Shown piece after piece: positions 26,818-38,854 of a stretch of DNA of 64,000 nucleotides. Every line of letters starts with the position of its first letter. The stretch's first letter is position 1. Origin of the DNA: Novakomyces olei (lineage: Eukaryota); assembly GCA_016906335.1 (NCBI GenBank), contig JADEYG010000006.1:1-64000 (forward strand), given 5' to 3'. Position numbers and translations under genes: made by a program. The notes beneath the pieces are model-generated. The model did no database searches, was not told the DNA's origin, and worked only from the letters and a program-made list of their open reading frames with translations.

Positions 26818-27837
26818 ATGTCAATAATATTAAATATAATATTAGTATTAATAATATTTGTCCCATTATTGTTAGGAGTAGCATTTGTAACTATAGGAGA
26901 GAGAAAAGAGCTAGGTTCAATGCAAAGAAGATTAGGACCAAATTATGTAGGATATTATGGTTTATTACAAGCAATAAGTGATGCATTAAAATTAATATTA
27001 AAAGAGACAATATTACCAATTCATGCGAATAAATATTTATTTGTAATTGGACCAATATTAACATTAATATTTAGTTTATTAGGATGGTGTGTAATACCAT
27101 TAAATAATGGTATAACAATGTATGATTATAATTATGGTATATTATATTCAATAGCTATAAGTAGTTTATCAGTATATGGTATATTAATAGCAGGTTGGTC
27201 ATCAAATAGTAAATATGCATTTTTAGGTTCAATAAGATCAACAGCTCAATTAATAAGTTATGAATTAGTATTAAGTACTTGTATAACTATATTAATATTA
27301 ATTAATGGTTCAATAAATTATAGTAATATAGTTAGTTATCAATTTGGTATATATTATTATTTACCTTTATTTCCTATATTTATAATTTTTATGATTGGTG
27401 CTTTAGCTGAATGTAATAGAACACCTTTTGATTTACCAGAAGCTGAATCTGAATTAGTATCAGGTTTTAATACTGAACATAGTAGTACTATATTTGTATT
27501 CTTCTTTTTAGCAGAATATAGTAATATATTATTAATGAGTACTATTATGAGTATATATTTTATTGGTGGTTATTTAATACCTCATAACTTATTATTTATA
27601 TTAAATACTATATTACCTAATAATTATATATTATATAGTTTAATTCATAGTACTATAATTGGATTTAAAAGTTGTTTATTTGTTTTCTTTTATATTTGAG
27701 TTAGAGCTAGTTTCCCTAGAATTAGATATGATCAATTAATGTATACTTGTTGGTCTATATTCTTACCTATTGTTTTTGGTTTCGTTACTTTATATCCTTG
27801 CTTAATTTATATTTTAGCTAATCCAGTTCAATTATAA
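26818..27837 (+). CDS. nad1: NADH dehydrogenase subunit 1 (TGA at 27697 read as Trp)
   Basis: ERK.LGSMQRRLGPN, PFDLPEAESELVSGF, I(W)VRASFPRIRYDQLM. Confidence 0.98.
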
Positions 27838-28053
27838 TTATATCTAATATTTAATATCTATAATTATTATAATTATATTTATATTTATATCTAATATTAA
27901 CTATGATAATTATATACTTAATTATATATTAATAATAATATAAAGTAAATATAATAAATATTAAATATTTAAATATATATAATAAAAATAAATATATATA
28001 AATATAATATATATATATATATAATATATATATAAAATATATATGTATATAAA

Positions 28054-28125
28054 GTTGATATAGTATATTGGTTATTACAATAATCTCATAAGTTATAGAA
28101 AATAGTTCAATTCTATTTATCAACT
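28054..28125 (+). tRNA. trnM: tRNA-Met(CAU), probably the elongator
   Basis: Acceptor gttgata/tatcaac; arm ataat-ctcataa-gttat. Confidence 0.82.
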
Positions 28126-28743
28126 AATAATAATAATAAAATAATAAAAGTTTGATAAATAATAATATTAATAAAAGTTTGATAAATAATAATATTAATT
28201 GTTTATTATATAAAGATATTTAATATAATAATTAAAAGTTTACAAAATTATATTAAATTATATTAAATTATATTAAATTATATTAAATTATATTAAACTA
28301 TATTAGATAATCTTATATATATATAAATATAGGATAATAAAATAATAATGTTAATTATATTATAGATATTGGTATTATAAATATCTAATTATATTAAAGA
28401 AAATAAAAAATTTAAATTTTTTATTTTGGGAAAACAGTTTATATTATATATAACATTTTAATTAATCTTATTTAATATTTATTACTTATATTTACTTATT
28501 GTAAAGCTATTATACATTTAAATAAATATTATTAAATATTATATAAGTATTATAAAGTAATATTATAATTATAATATAATATTATAATATTATAATATAA
28601 ATATATATATATATAAGTAATATTAATATAATAATATATATAATATATATACCAAATTAATAAATATATAATAATAATATATACAATTTATAATTGATAT
28701 AATATAAGTATAAATATATATATAATATATATGTATATATCAA

Positions 28744-28777
<34 letters not shown>

Positions 28778-28839
28778 GTTATAGTAATATTAATAATATT
28801 AATAGTAATAATATTTAAATAAATAGTAACTGAATAATA

Positions 28840-29365
28840 TTATAAATGTTAACTACTTATGGAATTTATGCTTTAGATTTATAAATATATATTTTACTAA
28901 TTCTTATTCTTAATCTTAATATAACTTTGCTTTATATTTATTTTATTATTAAGATATAATACTTATTATTATTAAATACATTATTAATTATATATAATAA
29001 TATATATATATATATACTAAAAATAAGATAATGCTAATGGTATATATATCATTATTATTTAATAGATATGTATAATTAACTATAATATAATAATTATAAA
29101 ATTATATACATATATATTATAATAAATAAACAATATATAAATGTTTAAATATTTAATATAATAATATTATTATAAATGTTAACTACTAGTTGGTGCAAAA
29201 AAAATTTAATTATTTTAATTTTTTTATAAGAATTAAAGTTATATTTATATTAATAATATCTCTTTTTATTTTATCTTTATATTTATATTTATATTTATAC
29301 TTATATTTATCAAATTATTTTATAATATTTATTATTATTATTATTATTAAATACATTATTAATTT

Positions 29366-29396
<31 letters not shown>

Positions 29397-30103
29397 TATT
29401 AATATAATATCTATATAAAATAAGAGATATGTATAATTAACTATAATATTTATAATAATTATTAGATATTGTATTTTGTAAATAATATTGTATTTTGTAA
29501 ATAATATCATAAATGTTAACTATATGTTTGGTGCAAAAAAAATAAATAAATTATTATTTTTCATGGTAATAGTATTTTATATTTATAATATCATTTACAC
29601 CGTTAAAAAGCTATTGGTATTTTTAAATAAATATTATTAAATAAATATTATTAAATATCATTAGAATTATTAATATAATTAATATTATTATTATTGTTAT
29701 TAATTATCATATATATATAATTATAATACTTAATAGATAAGATTTATATAATATTTAATAATATTTAGATAATATAATATAAGATAAGATAAGATAAGAT
29801 AATATTATTTTAAATTAGATAAGATGAATGTATTTTATAAATGTATACTAAGGTTCAATAAGTAGTTAACATTTATAATATCATTTATACTATATTAACT
29901 TATAAAAAGATTATTATATATTATTATCATTATCATTATTATCATTATTATTATTATTAATTATCACGTATATATAATTATAGTAATTAAACTTTATGAT
30001 ATTATTAAATATAATATAATATTATTAACTATATTACTTTTAGTAATAATATATTACTTTTAGTAATAATATATTACTTTATAATATTTATAATATTTAT
30101 TTA

Positions 30104-30134
<31 letters not shown>

Positions 30135-30780
30135 AGATAAGATAAGATTAGATAATATTATTTTAAATTAGATAATATTATTTTAAATTAGATAAGATAA
30201 ATGTGTTTATAAATCTAAAGCATAGATTCCTGTGCAAAAATTTTAAAATTAAAATTTTTTGCACCAACTTAACAGTTAACATTTATAATAATATTATTAA
30301 ATTAAATATTTATTATTTATTATTATATTAAATATATTATATTTCAAATAATTATATATATATATATACATTATTATTATTATTTTATATAAGTTAATTA
30401 ACTATAATAATTATAAATAAATATTTATAATAAATATAAATAATATTATATACTTTTTAAATAAATATATTATATATATAAATATATTAATATTTAATAA
30501 TATATTATATATTATTTAATTTATTAATTATAGTACTTAAACTTTATTATATTATTAAATATAATATAATACTATTAACTATATTAAATATAATATAATA
30601 TAATATAATATCAATATAATATCAATATAATATTTAATAATATATTACTTTATAATACTAATACTTTTATAATATAATATAATATAATATAATATCTAAT
30701 AATATTTATTAATAGATGAATGTATTTTATAAATGTATACTAAGGTTTAATAAGTAGTTAACATTTATAATAATATTCCT
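28840..30780. repeat. Head-to-head cluster: three + and three - copies of the tataaatgttaact motif unit
   Basis: + copies at ~28841, 29171, 29509; reverse-complement agttaacatttataa at ~29864, 30274, 30756. Confidence 0.75.
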
Positions 30781-31217
30781 TTATTATTTGTAATTTATAT
30801 CAACAATTGATTATATTTTATATTATATTATATATATTAAATATATATATATATTATATATTACATGTAAATTATAAATTATAAATTATAAATTATAAAT
30901 TATAAGTAAAATCTTTTATATATTATAAATAATATTAATTTATATTAAATAAATAAGGGTGGGTGCAAAAAAAATAAAATATTAATTTTTTTTCACAGGA
31001 ACTACTGTTATATATTTATTATTAATTCACTTATATACAATACAATATATTATATATATATGCATTATATATATATGCATTATACATCTTTTAATATATT
31101 ATTATATATTATTAAATATTATATTTTATACATAATATATATATTTATATTTATATATCTATATTTTTATTAGTATAGTAAGTATATATAGAGAATATAT
31201 ATTATATATAATATAGT

Positions 31218-31256
<39 letters not shown>

Positions 31257-31814
31257 TATGATTATAATTATAATAATTATTATAGTAAATATATTTATTA
31301 TTATTTAATATATTTTAAAAACTTTAATTATAAATATCTATAAATGTTTATAAATTTAGTAGATATTTTTATTATTCTATAAATAAATATATATAATTTA
31401 ATATATATATCTATTGTAATATATTATATAATAATAAATATTATTATAGGTTAATAATATATTCATTAAATATTATAAAATGAATACTTATATATATATA
31501 TATTAGTTTTAATATATATATAATATTTTATATAAAATTATTAAGTAGAGATACATTAACTATATAATATATATATATTATATATTTATAGTTAAATATG
31601 AAATATATATATAAAATAATTAAATATTATAAAATTATATTAAAAGTAATTACAAATTTATACAGAATATTTCCAATATTATAAATATATATAATATATT
31701 ATAGTTAATATTATAATTATTATTATTATAATTATTATAATTATTATAATAATTTATATAATAAAGTATATGATATAATTCTCTATTACAATATTAAGAT
31801 TACTAAGAATTTAA

Positions 31815-33683
31815 ATGTTATTTATTTCGATAATATCAATATTATATTTTATATCAAATATAGATAAAAATATAAATCAAATACAAATAAGTAGAATATC
31901 TATGATAGTAGTATTATGGTTAATATTTTTAATCTTAAATAATTATATATCATTAAATTTTAATAATATTATAGATATGAATTTATATAATGGTTTATTT
32001 CATATATCAAATGTTTTATTAACTTTAATTTTATTTATATTTATTATTAGTTTAATTTTATTAAGTATTAATAGTATTCAAATTTATAATAATTTTATTA
32101 ATAATTATATTTTATTAGTTAATAATATTTTATATAATAATAATAATAATAATATTAATAATAATAGTTTTAATATAAAAGAATTATTAATAAATAAATT
32201 ATCTATAAATAATATAATATATCCTTATACTTATAAATTAACAGATGATAATGATACATTTAATATAAATAATACAGATTATATATCTAAAACAAATAAA
32301 TTAAATATAAAATTAGATAGTTCTAATGAATATAATTTAATATTATTATTAAATATATTAAGTTTTATATTATTAATATGTAGTTATGATTTATTAAGTA
32401 TTATAATATCAATAGAATTAGTTAGTTTTAATTTATATATAATTACAAATAAGTTTACAGGTTTATTAAATAAAAATAAAATAACTTCTAATATGGAATC
32501 ATTAAATATAGATAATAATAATAATAATAATAATACTATAAGTTATTCAGTAATAAATTCAACAATATTATATTATTTATATAGTAGTATAGGTTCAAGT
32601 TTAATAATATTAGGAAGTTTTATAATATATTATTTATCAGGTTCATTAAATATATCATCAATAATTATGTCAAATAATATATATTATTCATATAATAGTA
32701 TATTTATAGATAAATCATTAGGTTTATATTTATCAATAATAATATTATTAATAGGTTTATTTTTAAAATCAGGTATAGCACCATTACATTTTTGGAGTCC
32801 ATATGTATATAGTAATAATTATATGCCAACAATATCATGGTTATATATAATAACTAAATTAGGTATATTACCAATAATAATATTTTTATTATATTATATA
32901 AATTTATTAGATAATAATATTATAGATAATAGTAATAATAATAATTTATTAAATATATTACCAATAAATGATTATATAAAATCTATAAGATATTTTATAG
33001 GAATAATAGGTATATTAAATTTAATAATAGGTACATTTAATGCATTATTAGAAAAGAATTTAGTAAGATTATTTGTTTATAGTTCAATATCACATTTAGG
33101 TTATATGTTATTATGTATAGTAAATATGAAAAATATGTATAGTATGTATTCAATAATATTTTATTTAATGCAAAATACAATTACTTCATTAACAATAATT
33201 TATATGATTTATATAATTAGTAATATTATTTGTAATAATTCATATAAATTTAATGATATATATAATATCAATATATTAAAAGGTTTTTATAAATATAATA
33301 AATATATATCAATATGTTTTATATTAAATATATTATCATTATTAGGTATACCACCATTTATAGGATTTTATGGTAAATGAAATTTATTAACAACTTTAAG
33401 TTATAATAATTATTATATCTTAATGTTAATAACTATTTTAATTAGTATAATAACTTCATTATATTATTTATATATAATAGAATTAATTATTATTAATGAT
33501 AAAAATAATTATAACTATTATATAAATAATATTATTTATAATAATTCTAATTTAATATCAAAATATAGTTATATTATAATTACATTATTAACAATGTATC
33601 AAGGTTTATATATATTTAATATAAATAATATTATAAATTTACAAATAGAAATGAGTATATTAAATTATTATGAATTAATATAA
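31815..33683 (+). CDS. nad2: NADH dehydrogenase subunit 2 (TGA at 33378 read as Trp), with Asn-rich insertions
   Basis: SIELVS, KSGIAPLHFWSP, RLFVYSSISHLG, GIPPFIGFYGK(W); both ORF-track pieces share one frame. Confidence 0.95.
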
Positions 33684-33697
33684 TAAAATAAAAATAA

Positions 33698-34063
33698 ATG
33701 ATAAATTTAATAAATAATTTTTATATATATTTAATAGTTGTTATAGTAATAGGTTTATTATTATTAGTATTAAACTTATTATTAAGTACACATCAACCAG
33801 ATATTAATAAATTAGTACCATTTGAATGTGGATTCTTAAGTTATACACAAACTAGAACTCCTTTTAGTATAGCTTTCTATTTAGTTGGTATATTATTTAT
33901 GCTATTTGATCTAGAAATACTTTATATTTATCCTTACTCTGTTTCTTCTTATCACTTAGAATTATATGGTTTAACTACTTTAATTATCTTTATTTGTATT
34001 TTAACTTTAGGTTTTATATTTGAAATTAATAAAGGTGCACTAAAATTAACTCCACAAAAATAA
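33698..34063 (+). CDS. nad3: NADH dehydrogenase subunit 3
   Basis: PFECGF, LFDLEI, KGAL; 14 nt after nad2. Confidence 0.98.
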   Translation: MINLINNFYIYLIVVIVIGLLLLVLNLLLSTHQPDINKLVPFECGFLSYTQTRTPFSIAFYLVGILFMLFDLEILYIYPYSVSSYHLELYGLTTLIIFICILTLGFIFEINKGALKLTPQK

Positions 34064-35675
34064 TATTTTATTATATATTATATAATATATATATATATAC
34101 AATAACATTATATATTATAATATTTAAATATATAAAAACATATATATACATATATAATATTAATATAATGTTAATACAAATTAACACTAATAATATATTA
34201 TAATATATAATAATATATAAATATATAAATAGATAAATATTATTATAGTATTTAAAGATTTTAATATTTGTATACTTTATAATATAATTAATATTTATAT
34301 ATACTTTATAATACAATTAATATTTATATAATTTAAGATATAATTAATATTTATATAATTTAAGATATAATTAATATTTATATAATTTAAGATATAATTA
34401 ATATTTATATAATTTAAGATATAATTAATATTTATACTTTTGTTTTTAATAAGCCTTATATATAATATTCTTCATATATATATATATATCTATTTATAAT
34501 ATTAGATATTTAATAATAATATTTATATATAGATATAATAGTATAATAATATAATAATATATAAATATAATAATATCTAAATATCTAAATATATTTAATA
34601 TATATAATCAAAGTTAATTAACATGAATTATTAATTAATATGAATTATTAATTAATATTTTGATATTATAGTAGCAGATTATATTTAATGATTTTAAGTT
34701 AATATAAAATCTTTAATATTATTGATTAATAATTATTGATTAAAAATTAATAATTTAAATAATAATATAATATTAAATCAATAATTAAATAAATATTTAA
34801 TAATAATAATAATAATAATTATAATTATTATAATATTAATATACTTTACTAAAACTTATGAATAATATATATATATTATAATCAAAGTTAAATAAATAAA
34901 GTATTATATAATAATAATATATATGATGTTTATTGTTATATATAAATATAAATATAAATATATCAATTATCTTTACTTTTAAATATAATAAAATAATAAT
35001 AATAAATAATATGAAAATAATAATAAATAATATTATAAATATTAACTGTTAAGTTGGTGCAAAAAAAAATTAATTTAATTTTTTTTCACTTGAAAAGCAG
35101 TTTACTCTTAAGGAAAATATAAATTATTAATAAAATCTAATAATAAATAGTTATATATATATATATATATATATTATATTTTAATATTAAATATTATTAA
35201 ATATTATTATTTATTATAAAATATTATTTAATATATTATAAACTTTTATAATATATAGTTTAGTTTATTGATTTATATTTATTATTTAAAAGTTAATAAT
35301 TATAATAATATTTATTATTATAATCAATATATATTTTATTATATTATAAAGTAAATACTTATCTTATCTTACAAACTTTTATCTTATCTTATCTTATCTT
35401 ATCTTATCTTATCTTATATATAATTTTATATGATTATTATTATAAATAAAGTTATAAATATCATAGCTTTAAATTCTTATAAAAAAATTTAAAATATAAA
35501 ATTTTCTATTTTATTTATAATTATTAATAAATGTTATATAGATATATTTATTTATAGTATTAAATATATTTATATATATATATATATTTATTATATTATA
35601 TTATATTATATTATATCTTATTAAATATATTTTATTAAATGTCTAATATATTATATATATATTATATATATTATT

Positions 35676-35749
35676 GGATAATGTTACATAATGGTTTATG
35701 TATTGGATTGCAAATCTAATTATTTAGAGTTCGAATCTCTCATTATCTT
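35676..35749 (+). tRNA. trnC: tRNA-Cys(GCA)
   Basis: Arm ttgga-ttgcaaa-tctaa; T-loop ttcgaat. Confidence 0.88.
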
Positions 35750-36029
35750 TAAATATTATATTTTATTTAATAATAATATTTATTATTTATAAATTATTTA
35801 TATTGATATTTATATTTATATTGATATAATAAAGTTTAAATACTATCAAATATTATATTATATTATATTATAAAGTATTGATATTATAAATAATTTATAT
35901 TTATATTGATATTTATATTGATATTTATATTTATATTGATATAATAAAGTATTTATATTAATAAAATATCAAAGTTTTTAAAATAAATAATAAATAATAA
36001 ATAATAAATAATAAAGAATAAAGAATAAA

Positions 36030-36115
36030 GAATAGATTAGTCATATTGGTTAGACTGACAAGCTGTAAACTTGTTGATTTATATATCATTGTAGGTTCAA
36101 TTCCTATTCTATTCA
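36030..36115 (+). tRNA. trnY: tRNA-Tyr(GUA)
   Basis: Acceptor gaataga/tctattc; arm acaag-ctgtaaa-cttgt; long variable arm. Confidence 0.92.
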
Positions 36116-36155
36116 ATATATTAATAAAATTTATAAATAAATTATAATAATTAAA

Positions 36156-36227
36156 GAAACTATAGCTCAGTGGTTAGAGCGTGTTACTCATAATAACAAG
36201 ATATTGGTTCAATTCCAATTAGTTTTA
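36156..36227 (+). tRNA. Third CAU-anticodon tRNA, probably tRNA-Ile(CAU) reading AUA
   Basis: Acceptor gaaacta/tagtttt; D arm tagctcagtggttagagc; arm tgtta-ctcataa-taaca; amino-acid identity is inferred. Confidence 0.7.
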
Positions 36228-36652
36228 TATCTTTCTTATATAATATCTAACAATAATATAATATTTTATAATATTTAATAATAATACATTATTTATATTT
36301 AATATAGTTTTATATCTATTGACTTTGCTTTACTTTACTTTACTTTACTTTACTTTACTTTGATAAATATATTTTATATTTAATATAATAACAATATATA
36401 ACTTTACTTTATATATAATATATCTTTATATATCTTTTCTTTATACATATTATATATTATATATTATATATAATAAAAGTTTATAACAATATATAATAAA
36501 ATATTAATTTATTATCATATGTTTATAGTTTTAATAAGTAGTTAATATTTATAATATAATTTATTTTAAAAACTTTGATATTTTATTATATTTATACTTA
36601 TATTTATATTTATATAAACAGATTGTTGTATTTATATTTATATTTATATAAA

Positions 36653-36727
36653 CAGATTGTTGTATTAATTGGTTAATATGCTTAATTTGGGTTTAAGTGA
36701 TTGTCAGTTCGAATCTGACCAATCTGA
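36653..36727 (+). tRNA. trnP: tRNA-Pro(UGG)
   Basis: Acceptor cagattg/caatctg; arm cttaa-tttgggt-ttaag; its 5' end is duplicated 34 nt upstream. Confidence 0.92.
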
Positions 36728-37473
36728 TTAATTATATAATATTAATAATAAATATTATATAATTTAATATAAGTTAATTTAATTTAAGTTAAGTTAGGTT
36801 AATTTAGGTTTAGTTTAAGGTAAATTATAAAGACTATAATATATATTAAAATATAATATATATATAAAAAGTCTATTAAATTAATCATATTTTATTCACT
36901 TATAATATACTTATTGATTATCTATCTACTTTTATAACATTATATATTTTATTTATATCTAAATATAAGTAAATAATAATAATAATTATTATAATTATAA
37001 TAATAATTATAATATATATATATTATAATATACTTTTATAATATATCTTCATATACTTTTACAATATATGATGATAAGATAGTATAAGTTATATTTATAA
37101 TTATTGATAGTATAAGTTATATTTATAATTATTAATAATAAAAATAATATTTTTATTTTTATAATAAAAAATACATATACATATACATATACATATTAGT
37201 AGTTATTTTATATAATAATTATAATAATATTTTATAAATAAATAATATAAGTATAGGTATATAATAATAAGTATATAAGAATAATTAGATTAATATAATC
37301 AATTATAGGATTATAATATTAAATAATAATTAATTAAGGAAGTGTGTACTTTAACAATTAATAATATTAATTATATATTTATATATATATTTATATTTAT
37401 ATATATATATAATATAATAGATAATATATCAGATAATTAAATAATAGTTAATTTAAATATAATAAATAAATAA

Positions 37474-38304
37474 ATGACAATAATAAATAGAGAATATTTA
37501 AATGTATTAAAACAAAGATATCAGAAATATCCATTTCATATAGTATATCCAAGTCCTTGGCCATTTTCATTAAGTATGTCATTATTATATATGGCAATAA
37601 GTGGAGTATTATTTATGCATGATTTCAATGGAGGTATAATTTATTTAATAATAAATACGATATTATTATGTTTATCATTTTTCTTTTGGTTTAGAGATGT
37701 AAATATAGAGTCAGATTTTTTAGGGGATCATACATTTAGTGTACAAAAAGGTATAACAATGGGAACAGCATTATTTATAACTACTGAAGCTTTATTTTTC
37801 TTTGGAATATTTTGGGCTTATTTTCATAGTAGTTTAAGTCCAACAATAGAAATTGGTGCATCATGGCCACCAACAAATATAGAACCTATAAATGCTGCAG
37901 AATTACCATTATTAAATACAATAATATTATTAAGTTCTGGTGCATATGTTACATATTCACATCATAGTTTAATATTAGGTAATAGAATTGCAGCTATAAA
38001 TGGGTTAATTATTACTTTAATTTTAGCAGTAACTTTTACTATATGTCAATATATTGAATATACTAATGCTTCTTTTACTATTAGTGATTCAGTTTTTGGT
38101 AGTTGTTTCTATTTAGCTACTGGATTCCATTCTGCTCATGTTATTGTTGGTACAGTTTTCTTATTAGTTGGTTACTTTAGATTATTACATTATAAATTAA
38201 CAGATAATCATCATATTGGTTATGAATCAGCTATATTATATTGGCATTTCGTTGATGTTGTATGGTTATTTGTTTTAATTAGTATTTATTTCTGGGGTAG
38301 TTAA
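37474..38304 (+). CDS. cox3: Cytochrome c oxidase subunit 3
   Basis: PFHIVYPSPWP, PLLNTIILLSSG, ATGFH, YWHFVDVVWLF. Confidence 0.99.
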   Translation: MTIINREYLNVLKQRYQKYPFHIVYPSPWPFSLSMSLLYMAISGVLFMHDFNGGIIYLIINTILLCLSFFFWFRDVNIESDFLGDHTFSVQKGITMGTALFITTEALFFFGIFWAYFHSSLSPTIEIGASWPPTNIEPINAAELPLLNTIILLSSGAYVTYSHHSLILGNRIAAINGLIITLILAVTFTICQYIEYTNASFTISDSVFGSCFYLATGFHSAHVIVGTVFLLVGYFRLLHYKLTDNHHIGYESAILYWHFVDVVWLFVLISIYFWGS

Positions 38305-38432
38305 ATTTATTAATTATAAATTAATAAAAAAATAAAAAAAAAATAACACTAAATTATTAAACTTATTTTAATTTTTATAATCTCTATTAATTTAATTATA
38401 ATATAAATATAAATATAAATATAAAAATAATA

Positions 38433-38507
38433 ATGGGATTACTAAGATGAGAATTTATATTCTGTTTCTCTACTGGTTTATATATTGGTTATTTATGGTT
38501 CTGGTAA
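38433..38507 (+). CDS. Putative 24-aa hydrophobic micro-protein MGLLR(W)EFIFCFSTGLYIGYLWFW
   Basis: Complex-sequence island bounded by ATG and TAA TAA inside near-pure AT spacer; host-like codons. Confidence 0.5.
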
Positions 38508-38749
38508 TAATATATAAATATATATATTAATAATAATAATAATAATATATATATATATTTATTATATAAGTAAATAAATATAAACTAATCTAATATATAA
38601 TACTTTGTTTTATTATAGAATAAGATATAAAATAAATAAAATATATATTTATCTACTTTAACTTAAGATTATTGTAGTTAATTATATAGGTATTATAAAT
38701 AATATATAATAATAATAATAATAATATATATATATATAATAATACCGAA

Positions 38750-38823
38750 TGGATTTTAGACGAATAGGTAAAGTCATTGAAATTTGAGTTCAATATCTGC
38801 AAGTTCAAGTCTTGCAAATCCAT
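38750..38823 (+). tRNA. trnQ: tRNA-Gln(UUG)
   Basis: Acceptor tggattt/aaatcca; arm ttgaa-atttgag-ttcaa. Confidence 0.92.
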
Positions 38824-38854
38824 AATTAAATAAAATATATAAAATAAAAATAGT

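Noticed and set aside
29190-29372. 60-aa plus-strand ORF
   Set aside because: It starts at a TTG in a palindrome copy and is low-complexity spacer.
6840-37470. rnpB (RNase P RNA) and rps3
   Set aside because: No GGAAAGTC / ACAnAAnnnnGCTTA pair and no suitable ORF were found by eye. The recurring caaagtc motif is too short and too frequent. A highly degenerate rnpB cannot be excluded without a covariance search.
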